A DNA stretch of 64,000 nt, from positions 69,619 to 133,618 of the forward strand of contig NMRA01000816.1 of NCBI GenBank assembly GCA_002633005.1. Reading direction: 5' to 3'. The notes beneath the pieces are model-generated. The model searched no databases and had not been told where the DNA came from. It saw nothing but the letters and a program-made list of their open reading frames with translations. Shown here one piece after another: positions 27,858 through 40,102 of this stretch. The position numbers and the translations under genes were made by a program. Numbering within the stretch: position 1 is the first letter of the stretch; each line of letters opens with the position of its first letter. Source of the DNA: Phoronis australis. Taxonomy: Eukaryota > Animalia > Phoronida.

Positions 27858-30800
27858 CTGGAAATATAAAATTAGTGCAAATGGCTTTAGATTCTAAAGT
27901 TTTAAAGTGGATATAAATTTGCCTTCTATAAAATCATACCTTTTCTTTGGACCACTTTCTGCTACAAAACTGGGCTGCATTGCATTCCGTAGAGTTACGA
28001 ATTTTTCAAAAATGTAAGATCATGCGAGTATTCACGAGATATCACTGTGTGTAACAAGAAAAGCACCTGATCACACCAAGTTTTCTCACCAAGTTGCCTG
28101 CTTCTACGGAAACCAAAAGTAGGGTTTGTTTCGTGATGAGTGACTTAAGACTGAAATTTGGTCTTGCGCTCCACACAATTATTTTTGAAAATAATTAAAT
28201 CTCACTTGAGCAAAAATGCAAAGTCTCTGACAATATACATACAACTGCTAGTCACTGAGATAATTTCTGGAAATTATTTCTAGACCGTGATGCGCTCATA
28301 AAAGTGAGAACGTAAGACCAAAGTTCTACCTGAAGTCACTTTCATGTAACAGACCCATAGTCTCGACTTGTTCTTTACTGCAGTTGGACCATGCTCACAT
28401 CTTGCTAACAGCGTCATCTATCGCTATCTAAATAACACTACAGTTTGCTACAACAGTTGCACCAAGCTCACCACACAAAATGTCCTGTACATGTAGTGAC
28501 AACATACTGAGACGGTCTGGAAATTAATGACCTGTGACCACTTTCTAATCAGGGCTTGGAATGAACAATGACAAAAATGAGGAAAAATTTCCAGGTGACA
28601 CGTCGTTCCATAAACAGGTTTGCCTGATATTTTTGTTAAAATAAATTCAAATAAGCATTTTTGCACGAATAAAGTCCAAATAACGATAAATAAGAGAAGA
28701 AATTAAAAAAGAGAAAAAACTTGGAAAGTGGAAATCAAATAAGGGTAAATCGAAATAAAAAAGAGGAGTCGACATCCTCTTCAAAGAGGAAAATTCCGAG
28801 CCCTGTGGAAACCATTTTTAATCTGAATTCTGAATAGGTTACAAGCTAAGCCCAGTTGTATAGCTATTAGTGATTAGTGGTCTGACTCAAATGGAAGATG
28901 GACTTACAGCTGCAGGTTCAACAAATTAAATATCACGTGACTCATGGCAACTTCAGTGGAATGGTGCTGACGTATTGCCTGGGCTGTCGTCTCTGTAAAC
29001 GTGCGGGTTGAAAAAAATTTCCTTTCGACACTTGATTGCCATTTTGCACCATTATCAGACTTGTACTAATAGATAACTTCATGTATTCCCCTAGCAGCAA
29101 ACCTGTGGGTTGAAAGTAATTTATTTTTTCAACACTTGACTGGCATTTTACACCGTTACATTCCGCCCTGATGGCCCAGAGTGCATGGGTACCAATCTGT
29201 CCTGGTCATAACGTCAAGATACTTGTAAGCAACTTGATGGATATTTCAAGCAAGGATATCTGCGCGACGGACCCATTAATAATACCCGAGCCGAGTGACA
29301 ACCTTATGTGTCTAGCCCTTACCATTAGGACTTCCCATACGTCTCAGAGGAATGAACGGTAGTAAATTCTTAATAATCTTGTCTGGAACTGCCTCAGTCA
29401 TTGGAGTCTCAATGAAGCCAGGAAGGACTGCGTTACAGCGTATACCAAACCTGGAGGAGTACAAGACAGACCGACATCAAGAATACGTTATAAACTGTAT
29501 TTTTATTGATTTAAAACAAAACTCCTTCATTGAAGCTCTATACAAACCCATCGTCAAGTAAAACGAGATTTCTTCAACACTCTCAAAATATTTTTGGTCA
29601 ATTTAGGTAAATGTGTACAATAAATGCATTTTGTACTGGTGATTTTCTTTTGACATAGAATTTCCCAAAACACTATTTTAATTAGCTGTAATCAGCTTAA
29701 TTAAACTCATGCCTCATAGGACAATAAGCACTTCTTCCATTGGACACTACATGGGGCATTAGAGTCTCCCATGGCAGGTTTCTTCACGTCTTGTGCCATG
29801 TTATAAAACCAAACATGTTTTTAATGAATACATTTGCGACATGGGTTGTATATCGAATAGTACAAGCTGTTGAAAGTACAGATGTCAAACAGTTACAAAG
29901 CAAGCTGTACAACACAAGCACCCACTAAACATACTCACTCCACAGTGTATATTGTGTGAAATTAATCTTCATGAGGGCCCTTGAATAGATGAAAACTAAA
30001 GCTAAACCAAATTAACTTAATTGTCAACTGAAACTCCAATGGTTGGACGATCATCAATTGGCAATATTTACTTGTACTAGGTACATCATATAAAAACATC
30101 CAAATATGTTCCATGCCAAAACTTGAACCAAAACAAAGGGTTTTACAGATAGTCCTGCTTGCGTGTTTAAATAGTGACGACAATGTGACATAACGTTGTG
30201 TTTACTGCAACGTGCTCCCGAAGCTATAGTTTACAGAAATAACGAGAGTGGAGATAACATACAGGGTCATATGTCATGACAGATGAAAATACTGCAGGTG
30301 GAGAATGTATACAAAATCATTAAACATATCAAATTATAAGATGAATGACAATCTGCCAAGTGGTTTGCTTAATATGTATCTTGAACAATTTCGAGCTTTT
30401 TATGCAAAATGTTCAAATGACCGGTAATTCAAAAACAAAAAGGCACGCTATGCATTTGAGAGAATATTTTAAACAACCACACTTGCCAAGATAGAAAAAG
30501 AAGCCAGTTATGGGTAGTTGAATACATACTGTTATCTACACAATTTCTGACTCACCTTGCAAGTTCCTTGGCGCAAGTCCTTGTCAAGCCTTCAACACCA
30601 GCTTTTGATGCGGCGTAGTTTGCCTGGCCAATATTACCGATCTACAATGGAAGAAGTCTTACTATGAACAGACACGATATTAATCAGTGGAATTTTTTCA
30701 CAAAACGCAAAAAACACAAATCCTAGCTAGTACAATATGTAAAATTCACTGCTACATTGAATCGAGGAAGAAATTCCCAAATGCAGAAACAATTACAGCC

Positions 30801-33800
30801 AATTGAATTCAGTTGCTATAGACTGGTTGGTCATGCCTGTATTACTGTACATAATGATACCCCAGTCATAAACACCATTAGTAAAATTCTTCAGTTCACT
30901 TTTTGCGCACATTTCTACAAGAATTAATCCAATTTACCCCCAGTGCCTGATTGCATGAAACAATGGCAAATAGGGACTCAACTAAGTTCCATAAATCTAC
31001 TGCGCATTTTTGATACTTTCGAAAACATTGAACGTCCTTTTTATACAGTTTTAGCTTCATTACTAAAGTCAAATCGAGAGTGATTGTTGAATTATCAATA
31101 CAATTGTAAATAAACATGGATCGTTTTATGCAGCGCCCCCTAGTTAAGGAGTAAGTGTTAAGTAATTATTTTTACTGAATAAAGGGCTCAGTCTTTATCT
31201 ATTTTATTAGAAAATGTCATTTAATAATCAAAGTGGAGCTCATAACAAAGATGAAATGATAGAAAAAGATAACATCTGCACGCACCATATAAGCAGGATC
31301 TTACCCTTCCAACAATGCTGGCTATATTCACAATTGAGCTGTCAGAAACTCTGTGGTCTTTGATGGCTTTGGCAGCAGCTTGAGTGACGAGAAATGTGCC
31401 CTAGTGATAGAACGGAGCAGAAGATGAGAAGACATTGACCAAACCAGCAAGTGAATGTCCCTCAGCGTATGAAACTTGAACTGACTGTACTTCGGGAGCA
31501 AGTTCAGAAAGTATGAACGCAACGGAATAAAGACCGTGAACAATGAAAAGTGTCGTGCATTTAACAAATTCTGTATAACAGTGTATGAAAGGAAAGAAAA
31601 CAACTATAATTTTTTTAACGGAAGAATTGGATCAAAATTTAATTGCCAAACAATGGTGAACATCAGACAGAGAAATCTATACTTTTCAATTAAAAATCCT
31701 AGGTTGAATATATGTACAAGTAAATGATTACACTATATTCATTCAGCACAAAGATAAACCAGGAATCTGTTTCATGAAAGTGACTTACAGAGCTAGACAA
31801 ATTTGATCTTACACTCTCAGTTCACAATTTCTGAAAAAAGCATCAGCCAAGAAATTACGAGTGCAGTGCAGACTAAGAACAAATCTACAGTAACCAGCAA
31901 TTATGTTTATATTCTCGGAGACTTTAAGCTTTTGCTCAAGTGAGATTTTAATATTTCTCTGAAATAGTTATGCGGAGCGTAAGACTAAAATTCTGTCTTA
32001 AGTGACTTTTCATGACACAGGCCCCAGACTAGCAGACGTGTACCTTGAGGTTGACCTGTATCACTTCATCAAACAATTGTTCATCAAGGCCTAGCAACAA
32101 CTTGTCTCTTGTTATTCCTGCACAATTTATAATTATACTAGGCACATCAGAAAACCTACAAATAAGATTCGAGTTCAGTTACATACACCAAAATGCAATG
32201 GAAAATGGACGTGCAAAATTACGTGACTGTATTTTCTTCTTGCTAATGAAGGTCCTCCACATTTTGATCCCACACATAAATTATTGTGAAGTTTAGTTTG
32301 TTGGTTAAACTAAAAACTTGAGCCATGAAGTAACAAATAAATGAGACAAGCTATTCTTGTTAATGGCAGTTTTTGTTTGTTCAAACTTCTGCTAAGGCGG
32401 TATTTTGACACTGGCATCAACTTAGTCATTGCGTTGTTCATTTTTCATATCTTACAACCCAAGCAAGATCACAATCAAGTGGTTTTGTAAATGTGGATAG
32501 TATTGAGCTGTTGAACATAAACACACCGAACAGATCTAGAGATATCCATTACCCCCTTCTGAGTGACAACTAGCCAACTCTGAACATTCTGACGAGTGCA
32601 TTTTCTGCCAAAAGGTCTCATTCACTGCCAACGATGCCAGCAGTTCTTATACAAATGCTTTGATGACATAAACGTTCAATGAAAGCGATCAAATTTCTAA
32701 TGAGACCGGTCTATTATCATTTTAATATATAATTTGCGAGTTTAGGCTGTATGTAACAAGTAAATCATTCATTTTAAGTGTCCTATGAAAACATCATCAT
32801 CACCTCTTTTCAATATCTTGAAAAACGCTGTTTACAGAAGAGCTTTTTGACACGTCCATTTCAAAGCTCCCATGATCCCCTGAGATATCCGTTACAGTTC
32901 TTTCAGCAGTTTCTCCGCTGACGTCTGCTACAGCCAACCTGGCCCCCTGTTGAGCAAACAGACGACATACTGCCGCTCCGATACCACTGCCCCCACCTAC
33001 AAAGTCAAGGTCACTTTTAATTACACGGCAATTAGAAGCTACATCTCATATCCCAGCCAGCAACTATGAATGCTTCTTACGCGTCGGGATTACAATAGCC
33101 ACTCACCATAGCACCTGGACTTTTGACTGTCAGTGACTTTTTAATTTGAAGAGTAGGGAAAACAGCTGGCTTCAAGCGATAACCACTGCCTTTTCGTACC
33201 AACATTATTTCATGCGCATTTTAGAATCTGTGGACTATAAAAACGAATAAAATCGGTTCATGAAAATTGTACTTTTTCATTCATTGTTAGAATGACAAAA
33301 ATTAACTTTACTGCAACAGAAGAAAAAAGAAACAATGTGCCATATGATTGTAATTGTTGTGTAACCGAGAAACACAATAGGGAGACTAGACTTGTGTACA
33401 CCTCTACTTCTCAAAGGGATTTAATATCCCCCCAAAAATGCAGTGAAATTTGAATGCCGGAGAGCATTAGTGCAGTTAAGTGTACTTTAAGCTCTTTCGG
33501 ACAGGGACTCAGATCGGATCAAGGATTTCTAAAAAAGGGGGTCTAAGTAAACAATTTAAAAATTCTAGATTTGATATCAATAAAATCAAGGGAAAATGGG
33601 GGCCTACTGATGCCCCTGACCCGCCCCCTGGATCCGTCTACTCAGATGGATCTCTAATTTTGGCCCTGGGGGCACTGTGGTAAATCAAACGCGAATCTGT
33701 TAATGTAAACAAACTGCTGCCATAGGCGGATTTAGGGGGGGGCCCGTGCCCCCCCCCTTGGCTGCCGCAAAAAATAAAACAGTAAGAGCGTAGGGAAATG

Positions 33801-35117
33801 TTGAGTTCATCAATTAACCCCAGTAATTAAAATTATACGGATGAAAAAAGATTTAAATGTATGCAGTTTTAGTGTTGGGGCGGCAAAAATCCAATTTCAA
33901 GTGTCAAATTCGGAACACGGCGCATTCGTAACGGAACTATGGCTAAGTATAGGCTCTCCCGCGATATCCCAGGCGACCGGCAGTGGCGCTGCGCACTACG
34001 ACTCCGTTTTCGTCGTCTGCTCCACTGTGCAATGAAGAAAGAACCTGAGTGACGATGAAAAAACAGAAGCTGCTGGTAAAATGTGAACTTTAATCGAAGC
34101 CTTAGTGAATCACTCAGAAACTCGCAATACTCTCTTTGTCAAACCTTATCTTAAGACGATTTCCAAAGCAATCAAGTCATTATTGCCAACTCGAAAAACG
34201 GATTTGGTCTTTTGGGCATTTGAAGACTATTTTAAATACGACAAATTTGTTAAGAATTGATTGCACAAAAAAATAAAACGTGTAATAAGCATTACAAAAA
34301 GAAGTAGGTTTCGCGCGCAAACGCTGTGGACCATAAATAAATAGGTCTCTTAGAATGAGATTAGTAGTTAAGTTGTGGTGGTGTAGTGGTAATGCACGCG
34401 CGCTCTATCCTCCAGGTCGTGAGTTCGAGTCTTAGGTTCTTGCAGTTTTTTCTGTTCGACACGTTCTCCGTTTTTTTTTCTTTTTTGCCTCTTTTGCCTT
34501 CAGAAATCAAGGAAAATGCTTGATTTTTAGAGGTAAAAACAAAAAAATTTCCCCCCACTTCAGTGCTATATGCATCTACAATCGTGGTTCAGTTTGTGCA
34601 AATGCTTACAGCCGGACAAAAAGTTGGGCCCCCCTTGTGATATCCTAGATCTGCCACTGGCTGCACACTTGTTAGGTGGCCGTCCGCAGAAACCTACCCC
34701 AACATACGGACGCTGGTGGACTTCAGAGACTGAGAGGAATGCAAGTTATGCCGACTATCCAGTCATGGTATGTGTAACTCGTAACTCCATGTTCCTATAT
34801 GTATGGTTAATTTGATGTAACTTTCTGTGTTTTGACATGAGTAACTTTTTATGGGGAAGTTCTATCGCCCCTGTATGCCTGCGGCGTCCAGGGATATGTA
34901 GGCCCAGCCCAGCCAAGGTCGGAACTTTCTGAAGTCGTCGGGTGGAAAACGGCGGCTAACCTATTAGGTTATAAAAGTAGACGCATTCTTCAATACACAA
35001 GCCTGAGGGTACCTACGTAAGGATAAGTAGATAATTGCTACTTTGATAAACCTAGCAGACAACGGGACATTTACCAGTAACCAGCGCCAACCTTCCAAGC
35101 AGCTGACCGCTTGCCAT
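27763..35117 (-). CDS. HSD17B8: Estradiol 17-beta-dehydrogenase 8 / 3-oxoacyl-ACP reductase-type SDR (whole gene; 7 exons, 250 aa)
   Basis: Exons 35075-35117, 32804-32996, 32044-32155, 31305-31400, 30556-30641, 29323-29450, 27763-27857. SDR motifs ALVTGGGSGIG, NCAGITRD, VNLKGTFLVTQA, GNIGQANYAASKAGV, RCNAVLPGFIETPMT, SSYITGVSLEITGG. Confidence 0.9.
28122..28356 (+). mobile_element. MITE with GGG..TGTTTCATGAAAGTGACTT-type TIRs (Harbinger-like), copy A
   Basis: Imperfect TIRs; homologous in inverted orientation to 31762-32025. Confidence 0.65.
28550..28805 (+). mobile_element. MITE with CAGGGCTTGGAAT / ATTCCGAGCCCTG TIRs, copy 1
   Basis: Terminal inverted repeats; shared internal TTCCAGGTGAC and GGAAAATTCC with the 62177-62418 copy; GAGGAAAATTCC end shared with ~40103-40383. 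Confidence 0.7.
29323..29450 (-). CDS. HSD17B8: HSD17B8 exon 6
   Basis: ccag|FGIRCNAVLPGFIETPMTEAVPDKIIKNLLPFIPLRRMGSPN|gtaag. Confidence 0.93.
30556..30641 (-). CDS. HSD17B8: HSD17B8 exon 5 (catalytic YxxxK)
   Basis: gtag|IGNIGQANYAASKAGVEGLTRTCAKELAR|gtgag. Confidence 0.93.
31305..31400 (-). CDS. HSD17B8: HSD17B8 exon 4
   Basis: ctag|GTFLVTQAAAKAIKDHRVSDSSIVNIASIVGR|gtaag. Confidence 0.92.
31762..32025 (-). mobile_element. Same MITE family, copy B (inverted relative to copy A)
   Basis: Reverse complement aligns to 28122-28260 (AATCTCACTTGAGCAAAA, CTTAAGAC..AA.TT.GTCTT.CGCTCC). Confidence 0.65.
32044..32155 (-). CDS. HSD17B8: HSD17B8 exon 3
   Basis: tgtag|FSDVPSIIINCAGITRDKLLLGLDEQLFDEVIQVNLK|gtacac. 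Confidence 0.92.
32804..32996 (-). CDS. HSD17B8: HSD17B8 exon 2
   Basis: gtag|GGSGIGAAVCRLFAQQGARLAVADV...FQDIEKR|gtgat. Confidence 0.92.
33721..34659 (+). mobile_element. Non-autonomous DNA element with CA(T/G)(A/T)GGCGGAT-type ends and G/C runs
   Basis: CATAGGCGGATTTAGGGGGG...CCTAGATCTGCCACTG; related ends at 33510-33641 and 37279-37720; no clear TSD. Confidence 0.5.
34372..34445 (+). ncRNA. tRNA-derived Pol III promoter (pseudo-tRNA or SINE head)
   Basis: A-box TGGTGTAGTGG (34379-34389), B-box GTTCGAGTC (34423-34431), downstream T-run; no intact cloverleaf. Confidence 0.5.
35075..35117 (-). CDS. HSD17B8: HSD17B8 exon 1, proximal copy
   Basis: MASGQLLGRLALVT-G|gtaaat; phase 1 joins GGGSGIG exon. 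Confidence 0.88.
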
Positions 35118-35509
35118 GCTTGTCTGCTACTTCCGGGTCACGAGTACGACCTTCAGAGGGCGCACCCAGCTAAAAGTTTCCAGGAAACTGAAGACGCCTG
35201 GTGAATGTTGACCAAGACCCTTTTGACTCAACGTCTTGCAATACAATTCGGTTCGCCTTTCAGGCTCCATTGCCACTAAGATTTCTACAAAGGAGTGTTG
35301 TACAATTCTACGTACACTCCTAGTCTCCTGCACAGACCTTCTAGATTGGTGACGTCAGCGTGTGAGGTCAGGGAAGGCATCCGTTCAGTAACGCTTGACT
35401 TCGCTAAAAACAAAACTTCGTGAGATTACGTGAGATATTGCGTGTATTTTAAATACGAGCATGTGGGTAGATTTTAGCAAGATCCTAGCGTTACTGAACG
35501 CACGCCAGG

Positions 35510-35740
35510 TGTTGATGTGCTAGCAGTGAAAGGCATTCTGTTCGGTTAGGAACGTTGAAATCGCTAGATCTGAAAGCGACAATTGAATCCGACGCAGAAA
35601 CCGTCGATGATGAGAAGAATGAAGAAGCATTCTGCGAACTAGTTCAATACTTGGACGACAGAAGTTTGAACTTAATAATTCGAGATGCGAGAAATGACGG
35701 CCGTGAGGCACTCAAGATTTTACGAGAACATTATACGGGG
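35510..35740 (+). mobile_element. Copia-like LTR retrotransposon gag fragment, truncated at the N
   Basis: LKSLDLKATIE...KNEEAFCELVQYLDDRSLNLIIRDARNDGREALKILREHYTG resembles invertebrate Ty1/Copia gag N-terminus; starts TGTTG where the two blocks diverge. Confidence 0.7.
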
Positions 35741-36040
35741 NATCAGCCAATTATTCACGCATGCTGACTCACAATAGAAGCCTGATAAGAGTGAAGGTGG
35801 ATAAATGCGGTGTTCCTACAGTTTCTTGTTTTAGTGGATGTGTTCACGACATGTTGTAGGCCCAGCCCAGTCAAGGTCGGAACTTTCTGAAGTCGTCGGG
35901 TGGAAAACGACGGCTAACCTATTAGGTTATACAAGGAGACGCGGAGACGCAGTCTCCAATACACAAGCCTGAGGGTACCTACGTCAGGATAAGTAGATAA
36001 TTGCTACTTTGATAAACCTAGCAGACAACAGGACATTTAC

Positions 36041-36083
36041 CAGTAACCACCGCCAACCTTCCAAGCAGCTGACCGCTTGCCAT
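36041..36083 (-). CDS. HSD17B8: HSD17B8 exon 1, distal duplicate
   Basis: MASGQLLGRLAVVT-G|gtaaat; intact ATG and donor. Confidence 0.7.
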
Positions 36084-37278
36084 GCTTGTCTACTACTTCC
36101 GGGTCACGGGTACGACCTTTAGAGGGCGCACCCTGCCAAAAGTTTCCGGGAAACTGAAGACGCCTGGTTGGCCAAGACCCTTTTGACTCAACGTCCTACA
36201 ATACAAATCGGTTCGCCTTTCAGGCTCCATTGCCATTAGGGTTTTCACAAAGGAGTGTTGTTCAATTCTACGTACACTCCTAGTCTCCTGCTCAGACCCC
36301 GATGACGTTAGCATGTGAGGTCCGGTAAGGCCTCCGTTCAGTAACGTTTGGACCTCGCTAAAAACAAAACTTCGTGAGATTACGTGAGATATTGCCTTGT
36401 ATTCAAAATAATAAGAGCATGTGACTTAGGCTAGATTTTAGCTAGGTCCTAGAGTTACTGAACGCATGCCAGGTTACGTACATCCTTGTTTCCACCAAGT
36501 GGTCCACGAACTCTGTTCGTTGACCTCTACTAGGGGGCGCCAGCGTGCATGTGACGTCGGAGGTACAAAAGATGCCCGATTCCCGAAGCTCAGTGACCGT
36601 GTCTAGGAAGCAACTCTAGCACGTGACCCAAGCTTTCTACTGTCATGCAGACACCTGATTTTCAATGTCTATGGGCTAGAATTTGTGACCCTTAGATTTC
36701 ACGGAAATGGCCGCGAGAGTTTTGCGCAAGATGAATCATGTTCGTGTTGCCTCAGTCGCCGTGATACTGAATTCATGTCGCGGTCTCACTGCGCGCACCC
36801 AGGAGGTGCAAAACGCCGGTCCACCTCTGAGAAACAAAAACTCCGAAAAAAGAAGAAACCGGAACGAAAATCCATTAAAAAGGCCACCGAAAGTTGGCGA
36901 ATGCTCAATTCATTATAGCTTTCAGACCGTAGAAAAGGTCCCGGAACCACTAAAAATTCGACTGGATCAAGATCCGATTTTATGAGGTCTCAGGGTGTGC
37001 CGAGTTTGTGCGATTCAAGTTGAATCAGTACTAAGTGCGTTTTGTACGGCAAGATAAACCATTGAAAGCATTTTAAAGTGGTACCCTTATAGATCATAGG
37101 TAGGCCTATTCTTGGCCAAGAACCCAACCCACCCGGCGTCTGAGATCGGCCGGACGTCATGGTAGTCGGCGTCGACTTAGGCCTACTGAATTGAAATTAG
37201 TATCACCCCGATTAGGCACAAGAGAGTCATATATACTTGTGTAGCGCACCAAGAACGTTTTCATGACGTCCAAGAGAC

Positions 37279-37720
37279 AGTGGCGGATCTTGGATACCAC
37301 ATGAGAAGGGGGCGGCCCGAAAATAAAGTTGCGGTGCGGGGACCGGGAGTGTGAACCTTCTTAGGGTTCGGCCTCGGCGGACAAAAAAAATAAAAAAGAC
37401 GGAACACGAACCCCCCCCCCCCCTTCAATCTCCGCTACCGCCGGGTTCTAGTTACTCTGAGCTCAATAATTCGTCACGCTTCACGCTGTTGCTGTTTCAT
37501 TTCAGTGCTTTCGGCAGCTATAACGGGCGGATCCATGGATTTTGAGTAGGGGGGCCAGGGCAGCATATTACCCAGGATTTTGCCCGACAGACATTTGCAC
37601 CTCTGAACTGCCTAATGGAATCTGGGAGAATTTTAGGGGGGGCCATGGCCCCCTTGGCCCCCCTCTAAATCCGCCACTGGCTAAGGGGGGGGGGGTGGCT
37701 GCCTCCCAAATCCGCCTATG
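37279..37720. mobile_element. Cluster of short CAGTGGCGGAT...ATCCGCCACTG-type MITE remnants
   Basis: Repeated GGCGGATC/ATCCGCC ends and GGGGGGCC..GGCCCCC cores. Confidence 0.6.
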
Positions 37721-40102
37721 AGAGAATCTGTTCACAAGGGTTAACTTCCTTAGTCTGAACAGGCAGCCTGGCGATTGAACTACCTCATGCACCGAGTCAA
37801 ACGTTCTCCAACTGAAGTAGAACCTATATATACAGAATCTGCTGAGACGTGGCCGCATGCGTCAGCGCACGGTAACTTGAAAATTGATGGGGTTAGTAGC
37901 GTCAACTGACTATAGTTGGCATTGCTACATTGTGGTGGCTCACTTTCGTATAAATCTTTTGGCGTGAAAGTTGATATCTTTACATAACTACTGCATTTTC
38001 AACGATGTACAATTACTTAAAGTCCAGAAGTCCTTTTTTAGTGTTTTACGTAGTCCCGTTTTAAAATAGTTTTAGCTTTTTGGTATTTTTGTCACTTTTT
38101 TCATTAGACTTTTTCTGTTTTGTACGTATTGTTCAATATATTACTCTAAAGTCCGCAATAAACTGAGGCATTCACTCTCTCGCCTACCGGGAATTAAACG
38201 ATCATAAGTGCCGCGGTGTACATATTAGTTTGGCCTACCGTCAGTTCTTGCTTAAGTATCACCGTCATATCCGCGTACTTCTAGTTTAAAATTTTCTGAG
38301 AGAAAACGAACAACATGAAATGCACATGGGGTGAATGTGCCTTGACGAGAATGCAGTTTCCCGGCGTGTTTTAATATTTTTGCATTTCGATGCTTCTCTA
38401 CTTACGTGCCAACGAGAACATTGGACCATCAACGACTCAAGAAACCGTTTTGGATTCCTATTGGGGTTTATTAACCATCAAACTAGTGCGAGTTTGAAAG
38501 TGACACCCGGCCTCCCTATACGCATTCCACATGACTTAAGTTGGTTACGGAAGTGATATATCACATAAAGAATATTATGAGACTATTTTCACAATAAGAA
38601 AATCAATATTATGTTTAATGAACTAATATGTTTTTGGCAGCTAAACAGGGCGAAATTTGACTTTAAAATGGAATATTCCCATTCCCAAAGTCAGTTAGTA
38701 GCAAAAAATAATTTTAAAATGCTTTCGCATTCAGAAGTTGAAGACTATCAGATGGTCGAAGTCAAGGACAACAAAAAAGTATCCGAAGATTTGTCTTTAG
38801 ACACACAAAAATAATTGAAAGCAAGAATATTTAAATATCATATTGATAATTTCATTCACCAAGGTCAAGCATCTCTGCCGAAACGATACATTAGTAAAAT
38901 GTAACCGAGACTGATAACATGAGACGACTCATGATGAGAGACCAGTAACTTGTATAAACTTTGCTATTATGTGTATGAAAATCTCTTCCCTTTCCTTCAA
39001 TCCCTCATTTCTGTAATGTGCTAAGATTATGCCCAAAACCCTAATATTTTTATTGCATATTTTGTATTATTTATTATCATAATTGTTGTTTACATGAGGG
39101 TACATGGCCGAGGATGTTCATCCCTATCTATGTTCAAAAATATAATTTCTGGCTAAATAGACCTATTGACAAAAGCGTTAGCGAAATCTTGGCTATGAAC
39201 ATGCGCGCACCCAGCCAAAAAATATTGGTGGGCTCGAATTGTTCGGTATGTGGACCTTTTACAGAAAAAAAAAATCAACGAGGACTAAAAAAAAAAAAAA
39301 AAACTTGGCCACTAGGTTCAGGCCTGCCAATCTTGCCTCCGCGCCGAATTTCTGAGGGCTTTTCTCTCGTTTACTCGGACTGAGGCGGACCTTTTTGCCC
39401 AATTCGCCAAATTGGGCACCCCCTGGGTGCGCCAATGATGAAACCCGTGTTTTTTTCAAGAAACGAAATTTTGATTTTGACAATTTACAGCTACAGAATT
39501 GGCCTTAATTTGTTGTCTGTTCAGGTGAGAAGTCATTTCTGGAGCTGACAATTCTCGAGGCCATTCTCAATGCACAAAATGACCCGCCGTGACAACTTGT
39601 ATCAGCTGGTCTCAAGCAATGACGAACTATCAATTCTTTTCTTTCAAAGAGACGATAGTATAAGCACCTTGAGCAAGGGACGATTTGAAACTATTGAATT
39701 TCATAAAACAAACGTCCAAATGAAAACTTGCTTTTGGTAATAGAAGATGAGCTTACTGTCTCTTTAAATGGTACTTAAAAACAAACTATTTCATAGGGAA
39801 ACTCGACATGAAATCTTTTATGGATGGTAGGAGTCATTGTTGTCTTCCGAGAGGTACTCAATAGGGGAAATTTGTCAAGCACGTGTTATTTAAAAGCCTG
39901 TCCGAAGACGCAATATTTAACTTGGAATTGGTTCTGATATGATACCCAAATGTTTGATTAAAAACATTTTTAAGAGACTTAAAACAGCGTCCCACAAAAG
40001 GATCACATATATGTACAACGAATACATCACGGCAGATGTTTATATGTGTAAGTAATATTACGCTTAAGGTGTACCAGTGTTATGCTAGAGGTAGGCCTAT
40101 CT

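Larger units (their letters stand above)
34897..36474. repeat. ~615-bp duplicated block containing HSD17B8 exon 1 and promoter (34897-35510 and 35855-36474)
   Basis: About 90% identical with several indels by eye; N at 35741 lies between the copies. Confidence 0.9.

Noticed and set aside
33721-37720. Perfect 13-bp inverted repeat CATAGGCGGATTT / AAATCCGCCTATG enclosing both HSD17B8 exon-1 copies (possible Pack-type transposon)
   Set aside because: No target-site duplication (ACTGCTGC versus AGAGAATC), and such ends are abundant locally, so independent MITEs are the simpler explanation.
38611-39860. Plus-strand exon-like segments after ttggcag and gttcag acceptors
   Set aside because: Early stops and no recognisable homology; at most decayed sequence.
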